Below, piece after piece: positions 1 through 10,030 of a DNA stretch of 64,000 nt. The stretch is from Bdellovibrionales bacterium. GTDB lineage: Bacteria; Bdellovibrionota; Bdellovibrionia; Bdellovibrionales; JAUICD01. Within the stretch, counting starts at the first letter, position 1. Each line of letters starts with the position of its first letter. The notes under the pieces were generated by a model. That model did not search any database. It was not told the DNA's origin and was given only the letters and a program-made list of their open reading frames with translations. Made by a program: the position numbers and the translations under genes. The DNA lies in contig OZ241865.1 in assembly GCA_965203275.1 (NCBI GenBank), forward strand, positions 2,112,001 to 2,176,000. Reading direction: 5' to 3'.

Positions 1-1
1 A

Positions 2-109
2 AGAGAAGTTCAGGCAATACTAGACTTGGAATTTAGTGGCTACATGGAATTAGCAAAACAAGCAGATAAATTAGGAGCTTTTTTATATAAACTGTGTAAA
101 AATACTTAA
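2..109 (+). CDS. 3' end of a four-helix-bundle (23S rRNA IVS/bAvd-like) protein, partial
   Basis: Open frame from the window edge reads REVQAILDLEFSGYMELAKQADKLGAFLYKLCKNT*, resembling the RE.QAIL.L...AD.LGA.LYKL C-terminus of four-helix-bundle proteins; not in the ORF track. Confidence 0.6.
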   Translation, partial: REVQAILDLEFSGYMELAKQADKLGAFLYKLCKNT

Positions 110-125
110 AGTTAGATTTGATTTT

Positions 126-168
126 ATCCGGGATCTGGGATCCGGCAGTCGGGCAACCCGGCATCAGA
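126..168. repeat. GGGATCY heptamer / GCAACCCGGCATCAG motif (family C)
   Basis: ccgggatctgggatccggcagtcgggcaacccggcatcag, the reverse complement of the motif at 25317-25445. Confidence 0.8.
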
Positions 169-171
169 AAG

Positions 172-595
172 AAATCTTTTTCCTTAACATCTTGTTAAGA
201 AACAAAAGGATCCTCCCTACTAAAAGTAAACGGACTTTTGAGGCAATGACCATTTTGCCAATGGCGTAAAAAGTGAAATAAATATCTTGTTTCCTTAACA
301 TCGTGTAAAGAGACAAGAGGATTTTTCCTACTAAAAATAAACGGATTTTTGAGGCAATCAGCCTTTGATCGACGGTGATAAGCCGTCGGGCTGATTGTCC
401 AAAAACAGCTAGAAGCTGGTTTATTTTTAGTGAGACAAATGCGGTCATTGTCCAAAAGTGGCCAGAGGCCAGTTCACTTTGAGTGAAACAGACGGCATGA
501 TGCATTTTGTTCACTTTGAGTGAAACAGACGGCATGATGCATTTTGAGTGAAAAAGACCGCTTTTAGTGAAAAGGCCCACTTTTAGGGAAACGAA
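172..595 (+). repeat. Family A structured repeat cluster 1 (nested copies plus stacked 3'-arm fragments)
   Basis: TTTCCTTAACAT...GATCCT...ACTAAAA(G/A)TAAAC...hairpin...CCAGAGG...GTGAAA modules; a full copy at about 287-436 lies between an interrupted 5' part and a 3' part. Confidence 0.9.
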
Positions 596-627
596 AGTTA
601 TATATTCTTTTATTAAAATATCTCTTC

Positions 628-1275
628 TTATAAACTTTCTTCTGCAAAATGTAAATAACTACTAGCTATGGCTACTGCTTTTTCTATAAAAGCAATGCCT
701 GTTCCTAAATAATCTTCTGCTTGGAAACAAAAGCTATAAGCTTTTGGAGCTATGAGATTCCAATTGGAAATAAATATTTGGCTTATTAAAAAACTCTTAT
801 GTTCTTTTTGAGGAATACACTTTAAAGCAGATTCTTTAGCAACCCATAAAAGAGCAACTTGTGGAGCCTCTGTAATTTCTTCCTTTTGAGAGATGCGATT
901 TGCTAAAGTAAGTTTAACTCGCAAGACTTCTTCAACATCAAGTCCTATAAGAGTTTGAGGGTCAAAGGAAACAATAAATCCTCCTAAGATTTTGCAGTGA
1001 GAGATAGAAATAGACGCTGATGGATGATATGGTTTCCCCCCAGGAGTTAAAAGCTCTTGTTTATTTTTTATTGAAATATGTTTTTCTAAATAGTTCACAA
1101 GAACTTTTCTAAGATATAGACGTTGTTGCCACGTGGGACTAGAAGGACGACTCCATGATTGGAAATAACAATAAATAGAGTTATTTGCTTGATTGAGTGT
1201 TTTAAATTTATTTTGTATTTTGATTAAATCCATTGTAATCCATTTTAATCCATTATTTTGATTCCAAATAATCAT
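628..1275 (-). CDS. 4'-phosphopantetheinyl transferase family protein
   Basis: GKP..SISH..IGLDVE..WVAKESALK motifs; the true start may be about 13 codons downstream. Confidence 0.8.
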   Translation of the reverse strand: MIIWNQNNGLKWITMDLIKIQNKFKTLNQANNSIYCYFQSWSRPSSPTWQQRLYLRKVLVNYLEKHISIKNKQELLTPGGKPYHPSASISISHCKILGGFIVSFDPQTLIGLDVEEVLRVKLTLANRISQKEEITEAPQVALLWVAKESALKCIPQKEHKSFLISQIFISNWNLIAPKAYSFCFQAEDYLGTGIAFIEKAVAIASSYLHFAEESL

Positions 1276-1525
1276 AACTTATGTAAAAAACTATATAAAA
1301 AATCCAAACCTCATGTAAACTCTTTGCTTTATTGTTTGGGTATTGACAAATGATTATTTTGAGTATAAAGTCACTTAAGTTATCATTTATTTGGCTTTTA
1401 AATCAAATAAAATGGGTGAGTATCCTTTGTTATTTTGTGAGGAGGAGGTACTTTTATGCTTTTTCTCTTATCTTTTAGCTAACATTTAGCTAAAACAGAT
1501 TGTCAAATCAGGCAGAGTCTTTCTA

Positions 1526-1571
1526 TGAGGTGTGCCATATTGAGGTGTGCCATATTGAGATGTGCCATATT
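1526..1571. repeat. 15-bp tandem repeat x3 (TGAGGTGTGCCATAT)
   Basis: Directly visible upstream of rplS. Confidence 0.85.
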
Positions 1572-1703
1572 CTTATATGAAAAGAAGGGTTTTACTTATT
1601 TTTTGTGTTATGATATTGTAATATTTTAAGTCAAGTTTTATTAAACTTTTTATTAAACTCTAAGCAAACATAACCTATAACTATAATAAAGAAAGGATAG
1701 ACT

Positions 1704-2090
1704 ATGCATCATTTAATACAGGACATTGCGAAAAAAACAAATCATATTCCATTTAAGACAGGTGACACAGTTGAGGTCTATGCTCAAGTAAAAGAGGGGG
1801 AGAAAGAAAGACTGCAAGTTTTTAAAGGCTTAGTCCTTAAAATGCAGGGTTCTGGTGCTGGACGCTCATTTACTGTCAGAAAGATTGCCAGCGGAGTTGG
1901 CGTAGAGCGTACATTTCCTTTTGCAAGTCCTGCTATCAATAAAATTAAGCTAATTGCACATGGTCGTGTACGTCGCTCTCGCTTATATTACATTCGTAAG
2001 CTCAAAGGTAAAGCTGCTCGTATTGATTTTGAGCTGGCAACTCCAACTTCTACTCCATCTGCCACCTCATCAGAAGTTTCAACAAAATAA
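1704..2090 (+). CDS. rplS: 50S ribosomal protein L19
   Basis: FKTGDTVEV..EGEKERLQVFKG..FTVRKIASGVGVERTFP..GRVRRSRLYYIR. Confidence 0.98.
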   Translation: MHHLIQDIAKKTNHIPFKTGDTVEVYAQVKEGEKERLQVFKGLVLKMQGSGAGRSFTVRKIASGVGVERTFPFASPAINKIKLIAHGRVRRSRLYYIRKLKGKAARIDFELATPTSTPSATSSEVSTK

Positions 2091-2285
2091 AGTATATATT
2101 ACTTAGTAGTAAGCCTTGACAAAATGAAAAAAATACAGAAATTTAAGAAATAAGAGGTAAAAAACAAGATAATATTTTAATTGCTTGATTTTTGAATAAC
2201 TTGATCATTATAATATAATTAAAAGATAATTAATTAAAAGAAGCAAACCAACAGCAAAACAAGTCAACCAAAAGGAGATAAGCCA

Positions 2286-3986
2286 GTGATAAATAAAATT
2301 AAAAATATTCTTAAAGAAAAGCTAGGAGAAAAAGAAAACTCTAAGCCCTCTAATAATAAAGTTCCATCCCCTGAGGAGATACGTAGAGAGTTTGAGAGAG
2401 TCATCCGAGACAAGTTTGGAGCTTCTGTGCAGTTTCATACAGAAGTGGCTGTTCCTCGGAGCGTAGGTACATCAAAAGCACGTAGAGGATCAGATGATGA
2501 CGATGATGATCTTCTTAAAAAAATCAAATTTGAACACACCCCTAAAGAAGTCAAAGCTCATTTAGATAAAAATATTGTTCACCAGACAGAAGCTAAAAAA
2601 GCTTTAGCTATTGCTATCTGTGATCATTACAATCATGCTTTAGAATGTATTCACAACAAAAAAGACAACGACTATAAAGAAATAAACTATGCGAAACAAA
2701 ATGTACTTATGTTAGGACCTACAGGTGTAGGTAAAACTTATCTTGTTCGAGAACTGGCTAAACTTATTGGTGTGCCTTTTGTAAAGGCCGATTCGACTCG
2801 ATTTAGTGAAACTGGCTATGTGGGTGCTAATGTAGATGATTTGATCAGAGATTTAGTCTCTCAAGCTGATGGATATGTGGATTTAGCTCAATATGGCATT
2901 GTCTATTTAGATGAAGCTGATAAACTAGCATCTAATCAAACGAGAGGGAAGGACATCACAGGCCGAGGTGTACAATTTGGATTATTAAAGCTTATGGAGG
3001 AGACAGAAGTCGATTTAAGAGGTTCACATGATTTGATGTCTCAGATCAAAGCATTTTCAGATATGCAAAACAAAGGCAAAGTGGACAGAGAAGTCATTAA
3101 CACAAAACATATTCTATTTATTGTCAGTGGAGCTTTTACAGGTTTAAGAGATATTATTGAGGCAAGAGTCAGTAAGGGAAGTCTGGGTTTAGGAGGAGAG
3201 CTTAAGGATGAAAAAAGTGACTCTGAATATTTACGACAAGTGGCTACGGAAGATTTAATTGAATTTGGTTTTGAACCAGAATTTGTAGGTCGATTGCCTG
3301 TGCGTGTCACCTGCCATGAACTTTCTGAGAAGGATCTTTTTGATATTTTGAAATACTCTGAAGGGTCTATTTTAAAACAATACCGGCAAGCTTTTAAAAG
3401 CTATGATATTCAGTTTTGTTTTGAAGATTCAGGATTGAAAGCAATTGCTGAAAAAGCTTATAAAGAAAAAACTGGAGCAAGAGGTCTTGTGACTGTTTTA
3501 GAGACTCTTTTGAGAGATTACAAATTTGAATTGCCATCGACTGCTGTACAAAAGTTTACCTTAAGTCGTCACTTAGTTAATAATCCACCACATTACCTTA
3601 AAAATTTAATCTCTAGATCTAAAAAGAACAAATATTCTACTTTTCATAAAGAAATTTCAAAATTTGAAGATGATTTTTATAAAAAGCATGGTATTAAAAT
3701 CACTTTTGATACCAATGCTTGCAATGAGATATTATCGAAAGCTCAAGATCGTGCTGTCTCTCCAACAGAGATTTGCGAAGAAGTTCTTGCTTCTTATGAA
3801 CATGGATTTAATCTGATCAGACAAAACACAGGAAAGTCTGAATTTGAATTAACTCAAAATGTAGTTTTATTCCCAAGAATTACTTTAGAAGATTGGATTA
3901 AAGAATCATATTCTCAAGCAACTTCAAAAAACAAAAAAGCTTCTGCCACAAAAACTTCTGCTAAAACTAAAAAAAATCAAAAATAA
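2286..3986 (+). CDS. ClpX-like AAA+ ATPase lacking the N-terminal C4 zinc finger, with a C-terminal extension
   Basis: Walker A GPTGVGKT, ETGYVG, Walker B YLDEADK, PEFVGRLPV, TGARGL; AGGAG RBS before a GTG start. Confidence 0.85.
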   Translation: MINKIKNILKEKLGEKENSKPSNNKVPSPEEIRREFERVIRDKFGASVQFHTEVAVPRSVGTSKARRGSDDDDDDLLKKIKFEHTPKEVKAHLDKNIVHQTEAKKALAIAICDHYNHALECIHNKKDNDYKEINYAKQNVLMLGPTGVGKTYLVRELAKLIGVPFVKADSTRFSETGYVGANVDDLIRDLVSQADGYVDLAQYGIVYLDEADKLASNQTRGKDITGRGVQFGLLKLMEETEVDLRGSHDLMSQIKAFSDMQNKGKVDREVINTKHILFIVSGAFTGLRDIIEARVSKGSLGLGGELKDEKSDSEYLRQVATEDLIEFGFEPEFVGRLPVRVTCHELSEKDLFDILKYSEGSILKQYRQAFKSYDIQFCFEDSGLKAIAEKAYKEKTGARGLVTVLETLLRDYKFELPSTAVQKFTLSRHLVNNPPHYLKNLISRSKKNKYSTFHKEISKFEDDFYKKHGIKITFDTNACNEILSKAQDRAVSPTEICEEVLASYEHGFNLIRQNTGKSEFELTQNVVLFPRITLEDWIKESYSQATSKNKKASATKTSAKTKKNQK

Positions 3987-4849
3987 CGACTTTTAGCAGT
4001 GTTATGTTTTTTGATTTCACTTTGGAGTCGGTGGAGGGCTGTTTTACAATACTCTGTATCAATTTCTACTCCAAGGCTTTTCCGGCGGAGCATATAGGTT
4101 GCAATTAAAGTTGAACCACTTCCTAAAAAAGGATCTAATACAATATCACCTACAAAACTAAATAACTTAATACATCTTTTAGGGAGTTCTATAGGAAAGG
4201 CTGCTGGATGACCACCTGCTCCTTTTTTGCTTTGTCCTGAAAATGTCCATAGACCATTAGTCCAATCTATAAATTCTTTTTTTGTAATGTCATTTTCTTT
4301 GATGGTTTTCTTTTTCCAATATTTTTTATACAAAACTAAGATGACTTCAACAGGAGCAATGACATAAGGAGCAGATGCTGATAACCAAGACCCCCAAGCA
4401 GTCCTACGAGAAATATTCCCTTCATTCCAAATAATTGTAGAATGATAATGCCATCCCACTTTTTTAGCAATTGCTGTTATATCAGCACAAATAGACTGTT
4501 GTCCTCCTTTGTTTTTATCTAAGGGTATATTAAGACACAATCGACCATCATCTTTTGCCAATAGGTAACATTTCAAAAGCCACTTTTGAGTAAATTCCAA
4601 ATAATCTTTGTAAGATAAACAGTCTTTGTGTGTATTATAGTGAACATCTATATTGTAAGGAGGGGATGTGATCATAAGATCAACAGAAGTGTTAGGAATA
4701 TCTGTGACTTTTAAAATATCTTGATTGTATATAGAAAAATTCTCTCCTTGAAAATAAGGAACTTTTTGAGAAAAAGATTTACAAGTGCGGAAAGGTTCTA
4801 GCACAGTCATCAGTTGAAGTAGTATATTAAAAGCTTTCACAATTGTCAA
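3977..4849 (-). CDS. Orphan N4/N6 DNA methyltransferase (beta class)
   Basis: TSPPY precedes HPAAFP and DPFLGSGST; no adjacent endonuclease; start codon uncertain. Confidence 0.9.
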   Translation of the reverse strand: MTIVKAFNILLQLMTVLEPFRTCKSFSQKVPYFQGENFSIYNQDILKVTDIPNTSVDLMITSPPYNIDVHYNTHKDCLSYKDYLEFTQKWLLKCYLLAKDDGRLCLNIPLDKNKGGQQSICADITAIAKKVGWHYHSTIIWNEGNISRRTAWGSWLSASAPYVIAPVEVILVLYKKYWKKKTIKENDITKKEFIDWTNGLWTFSGQSKKGAGGHPAAFPIELPKRCIKLFSFVGDIVLDPFLGSGSTLIATYMLRRKSLGVEIDTEYCKTALHRLQSEIKKHNTAKSRYF

Positions 4850-4854
4850 ATTGC

Positions 4855-4898
4855 TTCACTTTGAGTGAAACAAACGACTGAGTTACTTTTAGTGAAAA
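4855..4898 (+). repeat. Two family A 3'-arm fragments
   Basis: ttcactttgagtgaaac and ttacttttagtgaaa. Confidence 0.65.
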
Positions 4899-4961
4899 TA
4901 ACGGCTTGACTTTGTTGTTATAAGGTTGTTATAAGATTAAAAATTCAAAAGGAAGGTACAA

Positions 4962-6104
4962 ATGAAAAAATATATTTTTATCCTATTTATTGCTTTGCTT
5001 GTTTCTAGTGATTCTCTATCTATGGACCTACGGAGGAGGACTTGTGCTAAATTCCTTATGCCAAATTCAAAACAAAAAGTTATTAAAGAGTCCTTAAGTG
5101 AGAGTGAATTATTGAAGCTAAATAATAGGTTATTAAATCTTGTTTATGCCGGTGTTTATGTCGGCCGTATTAGATTGATAAAGAAATTGCTAGAGGCTGG
5201 AGCTAACGTCAATTATCAAAACGGCTATGGCAGGACGGCTTTAATGTTGGCTATTGAGAATGGCCATATAGAGGTTGTAAGGGTATTGCTAGAAAATGGA
5301 GCTAACGTCAATCTTCAAGACAAAAAAGGCAGGACGGCTTTAATATTTGCTAGCCGTGAAGGCCATACTGAAATTGTAAGGTTATTGCTAGAATATAGTG
5401 CGGACGTCAATCTTCAAGACAAAAAAGGCAGGACGGCTTTAATGTGGGCTAGCCGTGAAGGCCATACTGAAATTGTAAGGTTATTGCTAGAATATAGTGC
5501 GGACGTCAATCTTCAAGACAAAAAAGGCAGGACAGCTTTAATGTGGGCTAGCCGTGAAGGCCATACTGAAATTGTAAGGTTATTGCTAGAATATAATGCG
5601 GACGTCAATCTTCAAGACAAAAAAGGCAGGACAGCTTTAATATTTGCTATCCGTTTTGGCCTTACTGAAATTGTAAGATTATTGCTAGAAAATGGAGCTA
5701 ACGTCAATCTTCAAGACAAAAAAGGCAAGACAGCTTTAATATTTGCTAGCCGTTTTGGCCTTACTGAAATTGTAAGATTATTGCTAGAAAATGGAGCTAA
5801 CGTCAATCTTCAAGACAAAAAAGGCAGGACGGCTTTAATATTTGCTAGCCGTTTTGGCCATACTGAAATTGTAAGATTATTGCTAGAATATAGTGCGGAC
5901 GTCAATCTTCAAGACAAAAAAGGCAGGACAGCTTTAATATTTGCTAGCCGTTTTGGCCATACTGAAATTGTAAGATTATTGCTAGAGTTTAGAGCTAACG
6001 TCAATCTTCAAGAAAATGATGGCTGGACGGCTTTAATGTATGCTAGTTTGAATCGTCATATTGAAATTGAAAGACTATTAAAAGAGGCCGGAGCTACAGA
6101 ATAA
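4962..6104 (+). CDS. Secreted ankyrin-repeat protein (about 9 repeats encoded by near-identical 99-bp units)
   Basis: Signal peptide plus repeated VNLQDKKGRTAL..AS..GHTEIVRLLLE units. Confidence 0.95.
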   Translation: MKKYIFILFIALLVSSDSLSMDLRRRTCAKFLMPNSKQKVIKESLSESELLKLNNRLLNLVYAGVYVGRIRLIKKLLEAGANVNYQNGYGRTALMLAIENGHIEVVRVLLENGANVNLQDKKGRTALIFASREGHTEIVRLLLEYSADVNLQDKKGRTALMWASREGHTEIVRLLLEYSADVNLQDKKGRTALMWASREGHTEIVRLLLEYNADVNLQDKKGRTALIFAIRFGLTEIVRLLLENGANVNLQDKKGKTALIFASRFGLTEIVRLLLENGANVNLQDKKGRTALIFASRFGHTEIVRLLLEYSADVNLQDKKGRTALIFASRFGHTEIVRLLLEFRANVNLQENDGWTALMYASLNRHIEIERLLKEAGATE

Positions 6105-6156
6105 GACCAATCTATATTTGTCTCAAAATAAGAATCTTTTTTATCAAATAAATCAT

Positions 6157-6183
6157 TAAGTCAGACCAAAGCCAGACCGATAG
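6157..6183 (+). promoter_or_regulatory. sigma28 (FliA)-like promoter with no intact downstream + strand gene
   Basis: TAAG-N15-ACCGATAG; same module as at 39080, 39973 and 51737. Confidence 0.45.
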
Positions 6184-6454
6184 TTTCTTTAGGTATTTAA
6201 TTTAATCAATTAATATAGATCGAATAAAGAACAGATGACTTGAGCTTATCCTCTACAATCTGACGAATTTCTGACAAAGTATTGTCTGAAACTTGAAATG
6301 AATGACTATCTTTGGTACACATTCATAATGGCTCCTTTCTTTTTATTTTTAAAATTAATGGTTAATGAAATTTGGTTGGCTGAAATATGCCAACCAGGAG
6401 CCTTCTATCTTACATCCTCTCTAAGAAAAATTCACCGAATTATAGGACATGCTC

Positions 6455-7725
6455 CTTTTTCTCCTTAACATTTCACTCAAAATGAACTGGCCTCTGGCCA
6501 CTTTTGAGCTGGATCTTCAATTTATTTCTTAAATTTCAAAATCATTGCCCTGAGACCAGACTCTTTCCCATTCATATCATTAGCTTTTAAAAACCTTCAT
6601 CTTATTTGGCTTTGAAATTCTGTGCTTACAAATATCTCAAAAAGCGGGGTGCGATAAAGGAAATTTTTCCTTAACATTATGTAAAAAAACGAGGAGATCC
6701 TCCTTCCTAAAATTGAACAAGCTTTTGAGGGCATCAGGCAGAAAAGGCATTTTGTTTCCTTAACATGGTGTTAAGAGACAAGGAGATCCTCCTTACTAAA
6801 AGTGGTCGACAGCAAGCTTCTCTGAAGCTTGCCATGTAACAACACTAGGTGATGACCATTTTATCGACGGCGGTAGCCGTCGTGGTCATCGCCAGAAAGT
6901 AGCCAGAGGCTAGACCAAGTGAAACAGCTCCTCCAGCCTGCCCTCGCCTCCCACTCATAATATTCACGCTTTTTTGAGATTTACGCAGAATCTAAAAAGA
7001 ATAAAAAAACAAAAAAACGAACTCTTGTTTCCTTAACATTGTGTAAAGAGAGAAGAGGATTCTTCCTACTAAAAATAAACGGATTTTTGAGGCATTGCTC
7101 TTTTTAGACAGCGTAAGCTGTCAGAGCAATGCCCAAAAACAGCCAGAGGCTGGTTTATTTTTAGTGAGACAAACGCGGTCATTGCCCAAGGTGTAAGAAG
7201 GCATGTGGTCAAGAGACGAAGAGAGCGGTTAGCCTTTGATCGACGGCGGTAGCCGTCGGGCTAACTGCCCAAAAGTAGCCAGAGGCTAGTTTATTTTTAG
7301 TGAGACAAACGCGGTCATTGCCCAAGGTGTAAGAAGGAACTTTTTCCTTAACATGTGGTCAAGAGACGAAGAGATTCTTCTTCCTAAAATTGAACAAGCT
7401 TTTGAGGCGGTTAGCCTTTGATCGACGGCGGTAGCCGTCGGGCTAACTGCCCAAAAGTAGCCAGAGGCTAGTTTATTTTTAGTGAGACAAACGCGGTCAT
7501 TGCCCAAGGTGTAAGAAGGAACTTTTTCCTTAACATGTGGTCAAGAGACGAAGAGATTCTTCTTCCTAAAATTGAACAAGCTTTTGAGGCGGTTAGCCTT
7601 TGATCGACGGCGGTAGCCGTCGGGCTAACTGCCCAAAAGTAGCCAGAGGCTAGTTCAATTTTAGGGAAACAGAGGCATGATGCATTTTGAGTGCAAAAGA
7701 CGGCATGATTTATTTTGAGTGAATT
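6455..7725. repeat. Composite repeat cluster: family A copies (including a 182-bp tandem), a family B fragment and insert D
   Basis: 182-bp period at about 7215-7660; 6472-6633 is a near-identical inverted copy of 28802-28963. Confidence 0.9.
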
Positions 7726-7794
7726 AGACAATAAAAGATTCAAACTAAATAAAAATTATTGATCATCCGATGAGAATACAAAGAGGAGAACATC

Positions 7795-10029
7795 ATGGCA
7801 TTTCAGCCTAAAAGTCACTTGATTGCTATAGTTGGAGGTAAGGGAGGAGTGGGTAAAAGCATTATTGCTGCTAACCTTGCTGTAGCCATCACAAAAGAAC
7901 TACGTCAAAAAGCTTTACTTATTGATGCTGATGCCCTTTCTTGTGGCGATCAAAATGTCATTCTAGGACTTCGTCCTAATAAAACTCTCTCTGAAATTGC
8001 TAATTTCACAGGACAAATCAATGCCCAGACAGTAGCCTCTCTTGTAACAAAACACGCTCTAGGTATAGGCTATATTGGAGCTGTAAGATTTCCTGAGGAA
8101 ACACTTAAAGTTGACCCCGGACTTATTGAAAGACCACTCAACTCCTTAAGCCAAATCTTCCCTTACATGGTAGCAGATTTAGGCTCTACAATGACCAATC
8201 TTCAACAAGAGATCATCCAACTTGCTAGTATAATTCTTGTGGTCACATCTCCTGAAATGCTTGCTGTCAACCAAACATCCAGATTGATCAGTGACTTTAC
8301 AACAGCTTCCATCCCTGGAGATCTGATTCATGTCGTTGTAAATAAAATTTCCCCTACAGGGTTCCTTCCCCCTCAATCTATACAAAAAATACTTAAAACT
8401 CCTATCATGGCAAACCTTGTTCAAGATGATAAACTCGCTTTTGCAGCTCTCCAAAGAGGTGTCCCACTTGTAGGGTTGCAACCTGCATCTAAAATAGCCT
8501 CATCCTTTCACGATCTTGTCCGTCGAATCACCTCTAGCGGTCTACTAGATAAACTTAAAGCCATAGCAAAACCTAGCCAAATATCTCTGAATGCAAGAGC
8601 TACTTCAGCAGATATTGAAGTAAAAGGAGCTGCTTCCTCTAATGTATCAAGAGATGGCCATAATAAACCTCAAAGCCGTAGAAACATTATTAAATTAAGT
8701 ATCCACAGGCAACTTATACAAGCAATGGATTTGAGAAAGGGCGAGACTGACACCAAAGGTGACCCCGAAAAAGAAAAAGCCCTCAGAAAAAAAACTCAAG
8801 CTATGATCTCACAAATTATAGATCAAGAACATAAGGGTCTTTCTCGCACAGAACGAAATCCTTTGATCAAAGAAGTCCTTGATGAAGCCCTTGGCTTAGG
8901 AGCTTTAGAGGAACTTCTTGCCAATGATGACATCAGTGAAATTATGGTCAATGGCCACGATCAAATCTTTGTAGAAAATAAAGGCAAAATCTCTCTAAGC
9001 AAGGTCACATTTACTTCTAATTTTCACCTCAGGAAAGTCATAGAGAGAATTGTCACACCACTAGGCCGTCGTATTGATGAAACATCTCCCTACGTAGATG
9101 CTAGACTCAAGGATGGTAGCCGGGTCAATGCTGTCATTGAACCTATTGCCATTGATGGCCCTTCTATCACTATCCGTAAATTTTCTAAATCGCCTTTTAC
9201 CATTAAAAATTACTTGGAATACAAATCTCTCACACAATCTATGATTGACTTTTTAAAAATCTGTGTAGAAAACGGAATGAATGTACTGATATCCGGAGGA
9301 ACTGGTTCTGGTAAAACAACTCTCCTTAATTCTCTGTCTAGTTTTATTCCTGCCACAGAAAGAATTGTCACAGTAGAAGATGCAGCCGAGCTACAATTAA
9401 AGCAAGAACATGTCGTTCGTCTTGAAACAAGGCCATCCAATCTGGAAGGTACTGGTGCTGTTACAATCAGAGACCTCGTTCGCAATAGCCTCCGTATGCG
9501 TCCTGATCGCATTATTGTAGGGGAATGCCGGGGAGGTGAAGCCCTTGATATGTTGCAAGCTATGAATACAGGACACGATGGCTCCATGACGACTGTTCAT
9601 GCCAACAACCCAACAGAGGCTGTAGGTAGGGTGGAAACCCTATGTATGATGGCTGGCATGGATCTGCCAGCACCCGCTTTACGTAAACAAATAGCCAGTG
9701 CAGTTAATTTAATCGTGCAAATTTCTCGCCTTTCAGATGGCAGTCGAAAAGTCAAAAGCATTACAGAAGTTGTTGGTATGTCAGGAGAAAATGTCACACT
9801 CACAGAAATATTTAAGTTTAAAGAAGAAGGCTTTGATAAAAATAGAAAAATAGTCGGTAGCTTTCAAGCTCTTGGACGTATTCCAACCTTTATTGAAGAG
9901 TTTGAAAGGCGGGGTATTAAAATACCACGAACTCTCTTTACAGGTTCAAATGCTCCACCTCAAAAACCTCTAACTAAAGTACAATCTAAAATAAAGCCTC
10001 AAGGGCCACTTAAGAGAGGAGTCGCTTAA
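7795..10029 (+). CDS. tadA: Tad pilus ATPase: N-terminal CpaE/TadZ (MinD-like) domain fused to CpaF/TadA
   Basis: GGKGGVGKS at the N-terminus; GGTGSGKTT, EDAAEL, LRMRPDRIIVGECRG, MNTGHDGS. Confidence 0.92.
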   Translation: MAFQPKSHLIAIVGGKGGVGKSIIAANLAVAITKELRQKALLIDADALSCGDQNVILGLRPNKTLSEIANFTGQINAQTVASLVTKHALGIGYIGAVRFPEETLKVDPGLIERPLNSLSQIFPYMVADLGSTMTNLQQEIIQLASIILVVTSPEMLAVNQTSRLISDFTTASIPGDLIHVVVNKISPTGFLPPQSIQKILKTPIMANLVQDDKLAFAALQRGVPLVGLQPASKIASSFHDLVRRITSSGLLDKLKAIAKPSQISLNARATSADIEVKGAASSNVSRDGHNKPQSRRNIIKLSIHRQLIQAMDLRKGETDTKGDPEKEKALRKKTQAMISQIIDQEHKGLSRTERNPLIKEVLDEALGLGALEELLANDDISEIMVNGHDQIFVENKGKISLSKVTFTSNFHLRKVIERIVTPLGRRIDETSPYVDARLKDGSRVNAVIEPIAIDGPSITIRKFSKSPFTIKNYLEYKSLTQSMIDFLKICVENGMNVLISGGTGSGKTTLLNSLSSFIPATERIVTVEDAAELQLKQEHVVRLETRPSNLEGTGAVTIRDLVRNSLRMRPDRIIVGECRGGEALDMLQAMNTGHDGSMTTVHANNPTEAVGRVETLCMMAGMDLPAPALRKQIASAVNLIVQISRLSDGSRKVKSITEVVGMSGENVTLTEIFKFKEEGFDKNRKIVGSFQALGRIPTFIEEFERRGIKIPRTLFTGSNAPPQKPLTKVQSKIKPQGPLKRGVA

Positions 10030-10030
10030 A

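Noticed and set aside
164..580. ORFs inside repeat clusters (also 195-455, 7286-7743, 21497-21754, 24678-25532, 28240-28551, 28960-29154, 47041-47253, 51183-51425)
   Set aside because: They are translations of family A/B/C repeats; frames differ between copies and substitutions preserve pairing, not codons
4962..6104. Diversity-generating retroelement (TR/VR pair)
   Set aside because: No reverse transcriptase in the window, and repeat differences are not adenine-specific
6205..6340. Small minus-strand ORF behind an AAAGGAG RBS
   Set aside because: The RBS-proximal ATG hits a stop after 6 codons, and the alternative 38-aa frame has no recognisable homology
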